Source: Candidatus Kapaibacterium sp.
GTDB taxonomy: Bacteria; Bacteroidota; Ignavibacteria; Kapaibacteriales; UBA4661
Reading direction: 5' to 3'
NCBI GenBank assembly: GCA_004292595.1
Contig: RDXM01000083.1
Coordinates: 79,215 to 143,214 of the forward strand
Length of the DNA stretch: 64,000 bases
Under the pieces are notes generated by a model. The model saw only the letters and a list, made by a program, of their open reading frames with translations, did no database searches and was not told where the DNA came from. A program made the position numbers and the translations under genes. Of this stretch, positions 36,700 through 47,074 are shown piece by piece. Each line of letters begins with the position of its first letter. Within the stretch, counting starts at the first letter, position 1.

Positions 36700-38205
36700 G
36701 TGAATACCAACAACGAGATACAAAAGTTTTTAGAAACGATTGACGAATTAAAAAATATCGGATTGTTTGAGTATCGGAGCGATAGAGAATTTATGTATCT
36801 TTCGCCGAATTGCCGTGCCATACTGAATCTTTCTGCCAGTGCGAATATCTCCGCCAGTGCGCTCTTTTCCATGCTGAATGAAGAGCATCGGCGGCTCTTT
36901 TCACCGTCATCTCCTCATCCTCAGGATATTCTTCAGCCGATGCAGCCAGTAGAATGTAGCATAACAACCTTGAGCGGTGCAAAGAAATGGATTCGTATTT
37001 ATCGCAAGCGGTTTCTTGAGAATGGCGTGGTGATTAGCCAGGGCGTGATAGAAGATATTGCGCTTGAAATGATGAAACGCCTTGCAACAGAGCAGTTTCA
37101 AGACTTGTACGAAAATGCTCCCTACGGCTATCACACAACGTTTTTGGATGGTCGTATTTCGGATATGAACCACACAATGCTGAATTATCTCGGCTATTCC
37201 CTGAATGAGGCAAGAAATAGTCTGCATCTGCAAGATATTCTTAGCCCCAAGAGTTATCAAGTGCGTGTCCACTATCAGGAAAAAATTTTCAAAGAGGGCA
37301 TTCTTCGTGATTTTGAAGCAGAATTTATTCGTAAAGATGGCTCAATTTTTTATGGCTTGGTAACGATTACGTTGGTGCGTAATAATGCGGGAGAGCCGAT
37401 TGCAACACGCTCGGCAACGATTGACCTGACCGAGCGAAAAAAACTCGAAGAAACCGAGCGCAAAGCCCAAATAGCCAAAGAAGCGCAGCGCGTTCAAGCA
37501 GAATTTATGAATATGCTTTCGCATGAATTTCGCACACCGCTTGGAATAATTCTCGGTGCTGCCGACGCGCTCAAGTCCTTTGTTGCTGCCGATGGTTTGC
37601 CATTTATCACGATGGTTGAAGCGGGCGGAAACAGGCTTCTTACCTTGCTCAATAATGTATTAGAGCTTGCACAAACCGAGTCGGAAGCATCACTGGCGAC
37701 GTTCCACCGCACCGATATTCGTAGTTTCTTTCGGCATATTCACGAGCAATGGGCAACGCAGATGGAATTGCGCGGCATCGAATACGTTTTGGAATTGTCA
37801 GACACACTCCCCCAAGCCATGCTCATTGACATACCACGCTTGGAGCGCATTATGGTCTGTGTGCTAGAAAATGCGTTCAAGTTCACAGAAAATGGCTTTG
37901 TGAGTTTGGTGGTCACGGCAACATATCAGGAACAAAATTCTCAGCAAGGAATATCTCAGCAAGGCATACTCCACGTGCGTCTCTCTGACACAGGGATTGG
38001 TATTCCCGAACACCAGTTACCACGAGTCTTTGAGGCATTTTTTCAGGCATATAGCGGCACAACACGGCAGTTCGATGGGGCAGGAATTGGGCTGACGGTT
38101 GTGCGCAATCTCGTGCAGCAACTCGGCGGCTCAGTCCAGATTTCCAGCCGTCTTGGTGCTGGCACGACGGTTTCTTTAGCGATTCCTTTTCGCAAAACAC
38201 ACTGA
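36700..38205 (+). CDS. PAS-domain sensor histidine kinase.
   Basis: PAS regions, then the H-box MNMLSHEFRTPLGII and HATPase motifs DTGIGIPE and GAGIGLTVV. Confidence 0.85.
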   Translation: MNTNNEIQKFLETIDELKNIGLFEYRSDREFMYLSPNCRAILNLSASANISASALFSMLNEEHRRLFSPSSPHPQDILQPMQPVECSITTLSGAKKWIRIYRKRFLENGVVISQGVIEDIALEMMKRLATEQFQDLYENAPYGYHTTFLDGRISDMNHTMLNYLGYSLNEARNSLHLQDILSPKSYQVRVHYQEKIFKEGILRDFEAEFIRKDGSIFYGLVTITLVRNNAGEPIATRSATIDLTERKKLEETERKAQIAKEAQRVQAEFMNMLSHEFRTPLGIILGAADALKSFVAADGLPFITMVEAGGNRLLTLLNNVLELAQTESEASLATFHRTDIRSFFRHIHEQWATQMELRGIEYVLELSDTLPQAMLIDIPRLERIMVCVLENAFKFTENGFVSLVVTATYQEQNSQQGISQQGILHVRLSDTGIGIPEHQLPRVFEAFFQAYSGTTRQFDGAGIGLTVVRNLVQQLGGSVQISSRLGAGTTVSLAIPFRKTH

Positions 38206-38319
38206 CAAAACATCAATCACTGCCCGCACGAGGAAAAATCCCTGCAACCAAGATTACATCACGCATACAGGCTCACGGACTTCAAAGTGCAAAAATCAAA
38301 AAACAGCCTTCAACACCTG

Positions 38320-38420
38320 ATACCATTTCGATTGTAAAATGAATAGTTTCAATTCTCCGAAACAAGGCAGCATGCTGCCTTGCTCAAATCAAAGTATTCA
38401 AAATACAGTCAAAACGGTAT
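38320..38420. repeat. Copy 3 of the roughly 105 bp triply nested palindromic element (core at 38363..38382).
   Basis: The reverse complement is about 90% identical to 866..970 over the full length, including all three stem pairs. Confidence 0.6.
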
Positions 38421-38454
38421 GATAAGAGGCTCTTTAAAACGAATTTGCATTGCA

Positions 38455-38499
38455 AAAAGCCCTCAAAACAGCATATTTGCTTGTTTTGAGGGCTTTTTC
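38455..38499. terminator. Bidirectional terminator hairpin.
   Basis: aaaaagccctcaaaacagcatatttgcttgttttgagggcttttt: an 11 bp stem with A and T tracts, between convergent genes. Confidence 0.55.
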
Positions 38500-38596
38500 T
38501 GTGAAGTTTTGCAGTACCGAACTTTCTGCAATTTTGGAATCGCACACGACATCGTAGCGGAAATCATTTGCAGTGTGTATAAAAGTAAATGTTCTC

Positions 38597-40993
38597 TCAT
38601 CTACCGTGCCGAAGCTGCACTGACCTAGCATTTGTCAATGCTTGTCGGGAAAACGCTCCGCGAGCCGCACCAGAGCCGACATCAAATCCGCTCACCAATT
38701 CCTGCAAAACCTCTGTCAGAGCGCGGAGATTCTCGGTTGCACGGGCGATTTCGCTCAGGCTCGCCGTTGTTTCATTGACCGACGAAGAAACGTGTTCGAC
38801 GTTTTTTGCAATCTGCGCGGCGGTCGAAGATTGCTGTTGCATAGCGTCGGCAGAGCGTTTGACCTTCGTTTCCACCTCCTGCGAACCCGCCAGAATGCCC
38901 GCTAATGCTTCGCCAGCCTGTTTTGCAAGATTCAAGCCTTCGCGCACCTCGTTGTTGCCGCGTTTCATGCCAATCACAGCATCGTTGGTATCGCGCTGAA
39001 TATGCTGAATCGTCCTGCTAATTTGCTTGGTGGCTTCGGCAGTGCGCTCGGCAAGTTTACGGACTTCATCGGCAACAACGGCAAAGCCGCGCCCTTGCTC
39101 ACCAGCTCTTGCCGCTTCTATTGCGGCGTTCAAGGCAAGAAGATTGGTTTGGTCGGCAATTTCTTCAATTACCTGCACGATTTCGCCAATTTCCGCGCTT
39201 GAATTACCCAATTTTTCAACGACTGCGGCGGCTCCGCTCACAACCTTTGCTATTTCTTCAATCTTCGTTACCGCCGCGCCCACTACTCGTGCGCCCTCTG
39301 TGGCATTCGAGCCGTTTTGCTGCGTAATTCGACTGACATCCGATGCGTGATGTGCATTTTCACTCACCGATTCCGCCATTTCTTCGACCGAAGAGGCGAT
39401 TTCCGTTACTTGCGCCGCTTGTTCCTCGCTTGTGGCTGCCATTTCACCAGAGGCAGAACTGATATGCGCTGCAATCGTGCTGGTCTCTTCGACATTCTGA
39501 ATCACTTGCCGCACCAAGCTGCGCACCGCAACAACACTCTGATTGAAGCCCGTCATAATTTTGTTTATATCATCGTCGTTGCCATTGGACTGCACCTCTA
39601 CGGTCAAATCTCCCAAAGAAAATCGCTGCATTGCCTCAAGAATGCGCTTGGTGCTTGCTTCGAGGTATGCTTGCTGCCCTTGAACGGCACGAAGGTTTTC
39701 CATGTCCTTCTCGTGCATGGCTTCTTGCTCGCGGCGCAATTCGGCTCTGGCTTCTTCTACTTTGCGTTCGACGGAGGCTTTTTCCTCTTCTATCTGCCGC
39801 ATCAAACCTTGCTGTTCAGCTAAACGAACCTTTGCTCTTCTGGAAAGAACTATCAAAAAACCAATAATCACCAACAAGGCGAATCCACCTGCGAGTGCAT
39901 TGCGCATGGTGCTTCGTTTCTGCTCTTCTTCTTGGCGCAGCATTTCTTGAACTTCCTGCCGTTTTAATTCGGCAGCTTGGCGCGTGGCATCAAGTTTTTT
40001 GTTATTTTCTTCATTGAAAAGTTCTTCGCTGACTTGATTTAATCGCTGCTGGAAGGTATATGCTTCCTGAAATTTCTGCTGGGCAGCGGCACTTTTTGAC
40101 AAAATTTCCAACGACTCTCGTTGGCGGAGCTTAAATCCCGAACTGCTATCAATCGCTAATGCTTCAAGCCCGTATTTGTAGGATTGTACAAAATCTTTTT
40201 TGTCAAGCATCAATCGCGCCAATCCCGCCAAAATCTCTGAGCGAGAATACAGGTCTCCACCTCGCACCAATGCTTGATTGTAATAATACTGTGCGCTGTC
40301 GAATTGGCGAAGTCGGCGGTAGGTTTCGGCTATATTTGCAAGGTCTTCTGCCATGCCAAGTGTGTCTTTGAAGGCTGTTTCTATTGCCAATGTTTGAAAA
40401 AAGTATGGCAGTGCTGCGGAATTATTCCCCAAGCTACGATAGGTTTCGCCCAAATTATTAGTCGGAGCAGCCATACCGCTCGAATCGCTCATGCTCTGAA
40501 AGAGGCGTAAAGACTCGTTCAAGGCTTTTATTGCTTCGTCGTATTGCTTTTGGTTTTTGTAAATAGTGCCAATCCGATTCAGCGTTTGCGCAATTTTTTT
40601 GACATCGCCTAATTTCTCATACAAACCCTGCGCTTTGATAGCAAACTCAAGTGCTGGAACATAATTTCCCAAACGATATTGCGCATTAGCAATGCTATAC
40701 ACGGCAAGTGCTTCCCCGCGCCGAAACTCCAGTTTTTGAGCCAGTTCCAGCGCTTTCATCCCGTACTCAAGACTTTTCTGTGGTGAAACTCTGGCAAGAT
40801 TATTCGATACCGTCGTCAGCATTTCTACCTTTGTCGTATCATCTTGGCGTTGTTGAATTTGCGTCAATAACGAATCGGTAGAATTTGCAACGACGATAGG
40901 AGGCAATAGCCCCAGAACCAGCGCACATCCTAACAATTTCGCAAAGTTCAATAAAGATGGGAAAAAATTCAGAAGAACAGACAAAAATTTCAT
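38597..40993 (-). CDS. Methyl-accepting chemotaxis protein with a large periplasmic TPR-repeat sensor region.
   Basis: Signal/TM segment, then about 330 aa of TPR-like repeats ([23 protein letters not shown]...), then a TM helix, a long coiled coil, and the MA core [36 protein letters not shown]. Confidence 0.85.
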   Translation of the reverse strand: MKFLSVLLNFFPSLLNFAKLLGCALVLGLLPPIVVANSTDSLLTQIQQRQDDTTKVEMLTTVSNNLARVSPQKSLEYGMKALELAQKLEFRRGEALAVYSIANAQYRLGNYVPALEFAIKAQGLYEKLGDVKKIAQTLNRIGTIYKNQKQYDEAIKALNESLRLFQSMSDSSGMAAPTNNLGETYRSLGNNSAALPYFFQTLAIETAFKDTLGMAEDLANIAETYRRLRQFDSAQYYYNQALVRGGDLYSRSEILAGLARLMLDKKDFVQSYKYGLEALAIDSSSGFKLRQRESLEILSKSAAAQQKFQEAYTFQQRLNQVSEELFNEENNKKLDATRQAAELKRQEVQEMLRQEEEQKRSTMRNALAGGFALLVIIGFLIVLSRRAKVRLAEQQGLMRQIEEEKASVERKVEEARAELRREQEAMHEKDMENLRAVQGQQAYLEASTKRILEAMQRFSLGDLTVEVQSNGNDDDINKIMTGFNQSVVAVRSLVRQVIQNVEETSTIAAHISSASGEMAATSEEQAAQVTEIASSVEEMAESVSENAHHASDVSRITQQNGSNATEGARVVGAAVTKIEEIAKVVSGAAAVVEKLGNSSAEIGEIVQVIEEIADQTNLLALNAAIEAARAGEQGRGFAVVADEVRKLAERTAEATKQISRTIQHIQRDTNDAVIGMKRGNNEVREGLNLAKQAGEALAGILAGSQEVETKVKRSADAMQQQSSTAAQIAKNVEHVSSSVNETTASLSEIARATENLRALTEVLQELVSGFDVGSGAARGAFSRQALTNARSVQLRHGR

Positions 40994-41147
40994 GTGATGG
41001 ATTCTCCCTCAAAAACGTGAAATAGAACACATAGCTGCACAATAGCTGCACAATACCGCATTGCACCGATATTGTACGGCACATTCAATTTACAGATTTT
41101 CCCGTAAAATCTATTGGTTCTCAATTTTTAGCAAAAAGCAACGTGCT

Positions 41148-41750
41148 TCACTCCTCAAACCGATGAGAAATTTTCAAATCCTCATACAACCGCTTAAAAT
41201 CTATCTTCCCATAATGCTCTTTCAAATGCGCAACGACCGTAAGCGCACGTTCTATGCGGCGTTCAGAGTTTTTCACCGAAGAAACCACGTAAATCAACGT
41301 GCGCTGTTTTCCTTTGGTGAGCGCGTGAAAAAGGCGGCTTCCGTCCTCGTCTTGATTCATCAACTCGGCAAGCTCTTCAGGCATTTCTAAACCGTACTCG
41401 CTCTCGTCTGCACGCAAGCGCACCAGTAGCCTGCTTCCCTCACCAATACTCAGTTTTGTGCGAATTTTCTTGTTAATCATAATGCCCGTATTTCCTTCGC
41501 CAACAGGTAGCAAGCCGCATTGATACTCGTGTTCAGCTTTGTTGGAAACTAAACATGCTACAACCCGCTTCACACCTTCGTTCTTAAATGCTTCAGCAAC
41601 GTCATTCGGAACATGAACAAGCGTGAGGTAATTGTTACTCGTCGACGAGAGCAGCACCGTTTCGTACTCACGTATTTCTTGTGCGCTTAGGCTAGATTTG
41701 ACGGTATTTGTCGGGCTTTTCTGCGTGATGTTTGTGGTATTTTTTTTCAT
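41148..41750 (-). CDS. DUF1905 / YdeI-OmpD-associated family protein.
   Basis: Pattern similarity only (LSIGEGSRLLVRLRADE ... bacteriocin-protection YdeI-like C-terminus). The start is taken at the internal Met MKKNTTN. Confidence 0.45.
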   Translation of the reverse strand: MKKNTTNITQKSPTNTVKSSLSAQEIREYETVLLSSTSNNYLTLVHVPNDVAEAFKNEGVKRVVACLVSNKAEHEYQCGLLPVGEGNTGIMINKKIRTKLSIGEGSRLLVRLRADESEYGLEMPEELAELMNQDEDGSRLFHALTKGKQRTLIYVVSSVKNSERRIERALTVVAHLKEHYGKIDFKRLYEDLKISHRFEE

Positions 41751-41763
41751 ACATTTCACCTCG

Positions 41764-42195
41764 TTATTTCTCGGAAAAACGTTCTGCTGATTTGGCAATA
41801 ATGGTCTCCAAGACTCTTGTATCCACGTCTGCAAGAGAATTGATGTACAAGCAGCCTTTTCCCGTCGTGTGTTTACCGAGTTTTGCGAGCAATTCATCCA
41901 GATTTTCACAATGCTCACTCGACAAACCCAGATACAGCGTTATGTTTTTCGAGCGCGGCGAAAAGCTCACACTCGGCATATCGCCTTCTCTCCCGGATTT
42001 ATATTTGTAATGATACGACCCAAAGCCCACAATACTCGCACCCCACATCTTGGGTGAAAAGCCCGTTGCTTTTTCCATCAATTTGACTAAAGCAATAGAA
42101 TCATCGCGCTGCTGCCCGTCGGTGGAAGCCTGCAAGAAGGCATCAACACTAATTTCTGTGGCTTTCGTTTTATTTTCTGCTTTTTTTGTTGCCAT
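41764..42195 (-). CDS. DUF1801 (YdhG-like) domain protein.
   Basis: 143 aa with a pattern match to the DUF1801 family; this family frequently sits next to DUF1905. Confidence 0.5.
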   Translation of the reverse strand: MATKKAENKTKATEISVDAFLQASTDGQQRDDSIALVKLMEKATGFSPKMWGASIVGFGSYHYKYKSGREGDMPSVSFSPRSKNITLYLGLSSEHCENLDELLAKLGKHTTGKGCLYINSLADVDTRVLETIIAKSAERFSEK

Positions 42196-42231
42196 AATGT
42201 TTCCCTTTGGTTGAAATTCTTGTAGAAGAAA

Positions 42232-42693
42232 TTATGCCCCAAACTGCCGTAAATGGTGGTCGAGATGCTTTGCATGAAACAAGTCCCATTCCTGCGGAGT
42301 CATTGCTCCAAAAAGCGGATGCGGGTCGGTGGGAAATGCCGCCAAGCCGCCTTCGGCAAAGCGCTTGACGAGGCTCAGAAGCTGCTCGCGCTCCACATCA
42401 AACGAGCGGTCATCGTTCACAACAAGCTCTGGAGCGGTCGGCATATTACGACTAAAGCCTGCATCGCCCAAAATTCTTCGTTTTAAAAATCCTCCCACCA
42501 GATAGCTCAAGATATTCCGTTTGGGCATTTTTTTCGCCAATGAGAGCTTCAAAGGGCGTTGGCAGTGCGTCAGCATCTGCGCCACGTTCATTCTGCCCCA
42601 TTCGGCTTTTGACACAGGAGTAAGCGTGTTGATGCGGCGCAGGAGTGCCTCGTTGCCTTCTTTGGTTGCAATACTCAGTATTGATGCGCTGTT
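42232..42693 (-). CDS. DUF1569/DinB-like four-helix-bundle protein.
   Basis: LTPVSKAEWGRMNVAQMLTHC...WDLFHAKHLDHHLRQFG (DinB_2-like His motifs). The start is taken at MNSASIL, because the track's upstream extension is hydrophobic junk. Confidence 0.45.
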   Translation of the reverse strand, partial: NSASILSIATKEGNEALLRRINTLTPVSKAEWGRMNVAQMLTHCQRPLKLSLAKKMPKRNILSYLVGGFLKRRILGDAGFSRNMPTAPELVVNDDRSFDVEREQLLSLVKRFAEGGLAAFPTDPHPLFGAMTPQEWDLFHAKHLDHHLRQFGA

Positions 42694-42926
42694 CATAAGA
42701 ATTGTACAAAGTAAAAAAATGGAATAGCTGAAATTCACACTGCAAATATACAACACGGCTGCTGACAACAGTATGTCAGGAGATGTTTTCTGCATTTTTT
42801 GTCTTTTTTCCATCGACCCACTCGGCTCGAAAGCGCGTACAATCAAGCAAGAAGAATCTTTGATTTTTCTCGAAAAAAGCTCTATATTCGGCAGACCTCC
42901 CTCGACCACTTTTCAAAGGAAACATC

Positions 42927-43727
42927 ATGGAAACCGTGATTGCAAATACTCTTCAAAATACCGACCTTCTGAACTCTAACTACGACGAGGACGGCACGTA
43001 TTACCCTGAATCCGATGGACAACATATGGCAAATAGTTCCGTACATTTTGAACGCATCGCAACAACGAAATACGGCTTAGAATCGCTCTTTGCTGACCGC
43101 GATGATGTGTTTGTGGCAGGTGATTTATTTTGGTATCCCGTTAAAGGAGAAACGCGCCTTGCTGTCGCACCAGATGTAATGGTAGTGTTTGGTCGTCCGA
43201 ACAATGAGCGAAAATCCTATAAGCAGTGGAATGAAGAGAACATCCCGCCGCAGGTCGTGTTTGAGTTTCTCTCGGAAAGCAATACCGCAGCAGACGTGAT
43301 AAACAAAGCTATCTTTTTCGAGCGTCATGGGGTACAGGAATACTACATTTACGACCTCAGAACAAAGGAACTAAGCGGTTTTATCCGCTACACCGAAAAA
43401 GACAAGCAACTCGAAGAACTAGCGGATATGAACGATTGGAAAAGCCCACGCTTAGGCATTCGCTTCGATATGTCCTCAGGCGAACTGGTGCTGCGCAAGC
43501 CAGATGGAGAGCCGTTCTTGAGCTATGCTGAGGTTGAGCAAGAACTGCAAGAACGCACACGGCAACTGGAGCAAACAGAGGTAAAACTTGAGCAAACAGA
43601 GGTAAAACTTGAGCAAACAGAGGTAAAACTTGAGCAAACACAAATACAACTTTCGGCAAGTGAATCTCGCGCAGCAGCATTGGCAGAAAAACTCCGTGAA
43701 CTCGGCATCAACCCTGATGCACTATAA
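42927..43727 (+). CDS. Uma2 family (DUF820) PD-(D/E)xK endonuclease. Copy 1, with an in-frame 21 bp x3 tandem repeat near the C-terminus.
   Basis: YPESDGQHMANS...DLFWYPVKG...PDVMVVFG...PQVVFEFLSESN is typical Uma2. The peptide repeat QTEVKLE x3 is encoded by gagcaaacagaggtaaaactt x3 at about 43567..43630. Confidence 0.8.
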   Translation: METVIANTLQNTDLLNSNYDEDGTYYPESDGQHMANSSVHFERIATTKYGLESLFADRDDVFVAGDLFWYPVKGETRLAVAPDVMVVFGRPNNERKSYKQWNEENIPPQVVFEFLSESNTAADVINKAIFFERHGVQEYYIYDLRTKELSGFIRYTEKDKQLEELADMNDWKSPRLGIRFDMSSGELVLRKPDGEPFLSYAEVEQELQERTRQLEQTEVKLEQTEVKLEQTEVKLEQTQIQLSASESRAAALAEKLRELGINPDAL

Positions 43728-43763
43728 AATTTTCACACGCACAATCTATTATTTTTTCTCATC

Positions 43764-44750
43764 TTGTCTCCAAACTTCATGTCCTTTCTTGATTCCCTTT
43801 TCGCCAAAGCCCGCGCAACAAAGCGCACCGTTGCTTTCCCCGATGCAACCGACGAACGCACCCTCCACGCCGCACGGAAGCTCGTTGATGGCGGTATTGT
43901 CCACCCAGTGCTTGTTGGCGAGAAAGCAGCAATTACGACACTTGCGCAGAAACTCGGCGTTTTGCTCGAAGGAATTGAATTGCACGAACCAGCTACAAGC
44001 GAGCATCTGAGCGGCTTTGCGGCAACCTTCCACGAAATGCGCAAGGCAAAAGGCATGACGGCAGAAAAGGCATTAGAAACCGTGCAGCACCCGCTCTATT
44101 TTGCAGCAATGCTCTTGCGTGAGGGCAAGGTAGATGCGTGCGTTGGCGGCTCGCTCTCCTCAACGGGCGACCTTCTTCGCGCTGCCATTCAAGGCGTTGG
44201 CACGGCTCCAGGGATTGCAACCGTGAGCAGCTTCTTTCTCATGCTCTTTCCCGATAAAATCTTTGCTTTTGGCGATTGCGCCGTCGTTCCTGCACCAAGC
44301 GCACCACAACTTGCTGATATTGCCCTCGCCACCGCCGCAAATTTCACTCGATTAACAGGCGAAGAGCCACGTGTAGCAATGCTTTCTTTTTCCACCAAAG
44401 GCAGCGCAGAACACGAGTACGTGAGCAAAGTGCGCGAAGCATTGGCAATTGTGAAAGAGAAAAATCCCGCACTGAATGTCGATGGTGAATTGCAATTTGA
44501 TGCAGCATTTGTGCCGAGTGTAGGCGCGCGAAAAGCTCCTGACTCTCCCGTTGCAGGCAAAGCAAATGTGTATATTTTCCCCGATTTGAACGCAGGCAAT
44601 ATCGGCTACAAAATCACAGAACGTCTGGGAGGCGCACAGGCAGTGGGTCCGGTGGTGCAAGGTCTTGCCAAGCCCTATCTGGACTTATCGCGTGGCTGTT
44701 CGGTAGATGATATTGTTGCAACGGCGGCGATTGCTGCTTTGATGGCGTGA
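43764..44750 (+). CDS. pta: Phosphate acetyltransferase (short-form Pta).
   Basis: [19 protein letters not shown]...[16 protein letters not shown]...[11 protein letters not shown]...[19 protein letters not shown] matches the PTA_PTB family. Confidence 0.85.
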   Translation: MSPNFMSFLDSLFAKARATKRTVAFPDATDERTLHAARKLVDGGIVHPVLVGEKAAITTLAQKLGVLLEGIELHEPATSEHLSGFAATFHEMRKAKGMTAEKALETVQHPLYFAAMLLREGKVDACVGGSLSSTGDLLRAAIQGVGTAPGIATVSSFFLMLFPDKIFAFGDCAVVPAPSAPQLADIALATAANFTRLTGEEPRVAMLSFSTKGSAEHEYVSKVREALAIVKEKNPALNVDGELQFDAAFVPSVGARKAPDSPVAGKANVYIFPDLNAGNIGYKITERLGGAQAVGPVVQGLAKPYLDLSRGCSVDDIVATAAIAALMA

Positions 44751-44785
44751 ATCACATTCATTCATTCGTATTAAACTTCTACGTT

Positions 44786-46780
44786 ATGAACCTAAAATAT
44801 ACATTTCTTGCAATCAATTTTCTTTTTAGTGCCTTGATTATACTATGTAGTTTACCTTTACCCACACTTGCCCAAAAGAAAAAATCAGTTCCGTCTGTTA
44901 CTGCGCAAGTACCCAATATTCCTGAATATTTGACGATAAATCTTGATGTTCCAATTTTCGAGAATCAAGATTACCGATACGTGCAGACCGTGCGAACACA
45001 AGCACTTCCAGATAATGGCTTTGCTATGAGCTATTTGGGGCAGGACAAAAAAACTCGCTTTATATTTTTGAACAAAAATGACATTCAGAATTCCAGCAAA
45101 CAACCATTAACGACTGCTAAATCCACTATCACCATTGATAGCGCGGTTGTACATTCCTTTGTCATTCACGACAAATATTTGGTATATCTCTACTCACCCA
45201 TCAAGGAGAAATCCCAAACGAAACTGGGTTATCTCATGGAACCCAGCCTTTTTATTTGTAAAATGACCCTTTCAGGAAAACAAATTTTCGCAAAACCACT
45301 CGTCAATGACAGCACCATGAAAATGCTCTGGAATAGAGAATTTTGTCGAATGAATTTCAGCAACACTGGCTCGGACGGCACACAAATAGTGTGGACAGGA
45401 AAATTTTACTCCGTCATATTTCCACATTTCACTCACTGCCAAGATAATGTAAATCACCAAATGGATAGTTGGTACATAATTGATACCGTTGGGACAATTA
45501 AAAATTTAGGTGGGATGCAGGGTTATGCAAATGGCTGGGCATGGCTTACAAGCCACTCTTTTGGGCAGCGATTGGTTTATAGTCCCTATCAATCTGGTAA
45601 TCTGATTGCGGTGAGTGCAAACGATGGCTACCCAGTCCGAGCAATCAACGTACACACGCTCAATACAGAAAAAATTTTGCTTGCAGTTACCACCAGTACA
45701 GCCGACAAGGTAGTGCAAGCCTTTACTGGAAGCAAAGACCAAGCACCTATCATAAAAGTCATAACTCCATTCGACGGTTTAGGAGAGTCGCTTGGTCAGT
45801 TATTCAAAAATGTTCGCCTAGATAAAATTTTTCAAGACATAGGAACTGCCTTTGCAAAACCTCCGCAAGAAGCAGGAGTATTTACCAATAGCACCGAACA
45901 AGATGTTGATAAGGCGTTAGCAAACTCATCTACACAAGCAACAGTGAAAGTACAAAAAAATACGTCAAACCAGCCGACGACATCGGCGAAGCCCTCTAAA
46001 AATCAGACCAAACAATCTGCACCCATCAAAAAAGTAGATACGCTGCAAGCTGCGCTGCAAGTCAAGCAATCACAACAATTAGCAGCCAAAGCAGCAGCAG
46101 ATAGTCTAAAGATTCGACAACAACAAATTCAGGAACAACAGATTCAGGAACAAAATGAACAACGCAAAGCAGATAGCCTGATGTGGGAATACTCCTTCAA
46201 TAATGCAAGCAAAGATTTATTGCTAGGCAATAGTTTGTTTCCGATTCGTGGTGCTTCAGGTGATAATTACATTGCCAATACACAGTTAGGTGATATTATC
46301 CCCACTCCCACAGGAGCCGTTTTTACATTTTGTTCGGCTGAAAAAAGAGATACCGTCAAAAATTTTGCACAAGATGTATGCTGGATGAAAATCAATACAA
46401 AGGGTCGCCTAGAGTCCGCACGGTGGCTTACGTTTACGCCCCAACTAGCAGAACAAAATGTTCATACATCAAGAATCGGTAACCTCAATCTTTTTATCGT
46501 CATTTGGGATGTGTTTCTTCCCGCCACCAGTGGAGAATTTTGGCGATGTGAACAAGAGTCTATTTTTTCGCATTCGGAGTACGTCATCGTTGACGAAGAC
46601 GGACAAGTCATTCGTTCTGAAAAAATATTTGATGAAAGCTATAAAGGTCAATCACTTGAGATAACACATCGCAGAACGCGAAGCTATAATTGCATCCAAC
46701 TCACCAATAAAGATGTTGTTATGCTACGAACAACAAAAGACCCTAAAGAATTGGATTTATTAAGGTTTACATTAAAGTAA
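44786..46780 (+). CDS. Large secreted hypothetical protein with an internal Gln-rich coiled-coil segment.
   Basis: Signal peptide MNLKYTFLAINFLFSALIILCSLPLPTLA, no recognisable catalytic motif, and a low-complexity QQLAAKAAADSLKIRQQQIQEQQIQEQNEQ segment. Confidence 0.45.
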   Translation: MNLKYTFLAINFLFSALIILCSLPLPTLAQKKKSVPSVTAQVPNIPEYLTINLDVPIFENQDYRYVQTVRTQALPDNGFAMSYLGQDKKTRFIFLNKNDIQNSSKQPLTTAKSTITIDSAVVHSFVIHDKYLVYLYSPIKEKSQTKLGYLMEPSLFICKMTLSGKQIFAKPLVNDSTMKMLWNREFCRMNFSNTGSDGTQIVWTGKFYSVIFPHFTHCQDNVNHQMDSWYIIDTVGTIKNLGGMQGYANGWAWLTSHSFGQRLVYSPYQSGNLIAVSANDGYPVRAINVHTLNTEKILLAVTTSTADKVVQAFTGSKDQAPIIKVITPFDGLGESLGQLFKNVRLDKIFQDIGTAFAKPPQEAGVFTNSTEQDVDKALANSSTQATVKVQKNTSNQPTTSAKPSKNQTKQSAPIKKVDTLQAALQVKQSQQLAAKAAADSLKIRQQQIQEQQIQEQNEQRKADSLMWEYSFNNASKDLLLGNSLFPIRGASGDNYIANTQLGDIIPTPTGAVFTFCSAEKRDTVKNFAQDVCWMKINTKGRLESARWLTFTPQLAEQNVHTSRIGNLNLFIVIWDVFLPATSGEFWRCEQESIFSHSEYVIVDEDGQVIRSEKIFDESYKGQSLEITHRRTRSYNCIQLTNKDVVMLRTTKDPKELDLLRFTLK

Positions 46781-46810
46781 AATTTTTCTCATTATTGATG
46801 GAAAAATCAT

Positions 46811-47044
46811 ATGGAACGCATTATCACTGTTTCGAGGGAGATACAAAGCGGTATTCCCGTTTTCACAGGCACACGCGTCCCTGTGCAGAACCTCTTTGAC
46901 TATTTGAAGGGCGGCGACACGATTGATGAATTTCTGAATGATTTTCCATCGGTCAAGAAGCAGCAAGTTTTGAGCCTGCTTAATGTTCTCGAACACAAAT
47001 TACCCAACGAATTGCTGCAAAAAGATGAAGAATATTTTACTTGA
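46811..47044 (+). CDS. DUF433 family protein (antitoxin-like, HTH).
   Basis: GIPVFTGTRVPVQNLFDYLKGGDTIDEFLNDFPSV matches the DUF433 consensus (G.P.i.GTRipV..il..l..G.s.eeil.dyP.l). Confidence 0.65.
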   Translation: MERIITVSREIQSGIPVFTGTRVPVQNLFDYLKGGDTIDEFLNDFPSVKKQQVLSLLNVLEHKLPNELLQKDEEYFT

Positions 47045-47069
47045 TGAAAACCTTCGATTTGACCCATAA
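47025..47069 (+). pseudogene. Truncated stub (14 codons) of a DUF5615 (PIN-like toxin) partner gene.
   Basis: It overlaps the DUF433 3' end in another frame and encodes MKNILLDENLRFDP, the canonical DUF5615 N-terminus (MKiLLDENlp), followed by a stop. The next gene starts 6 bp later. Confidence 0.4.
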
Positions 47070-47074
47070 CGAAC

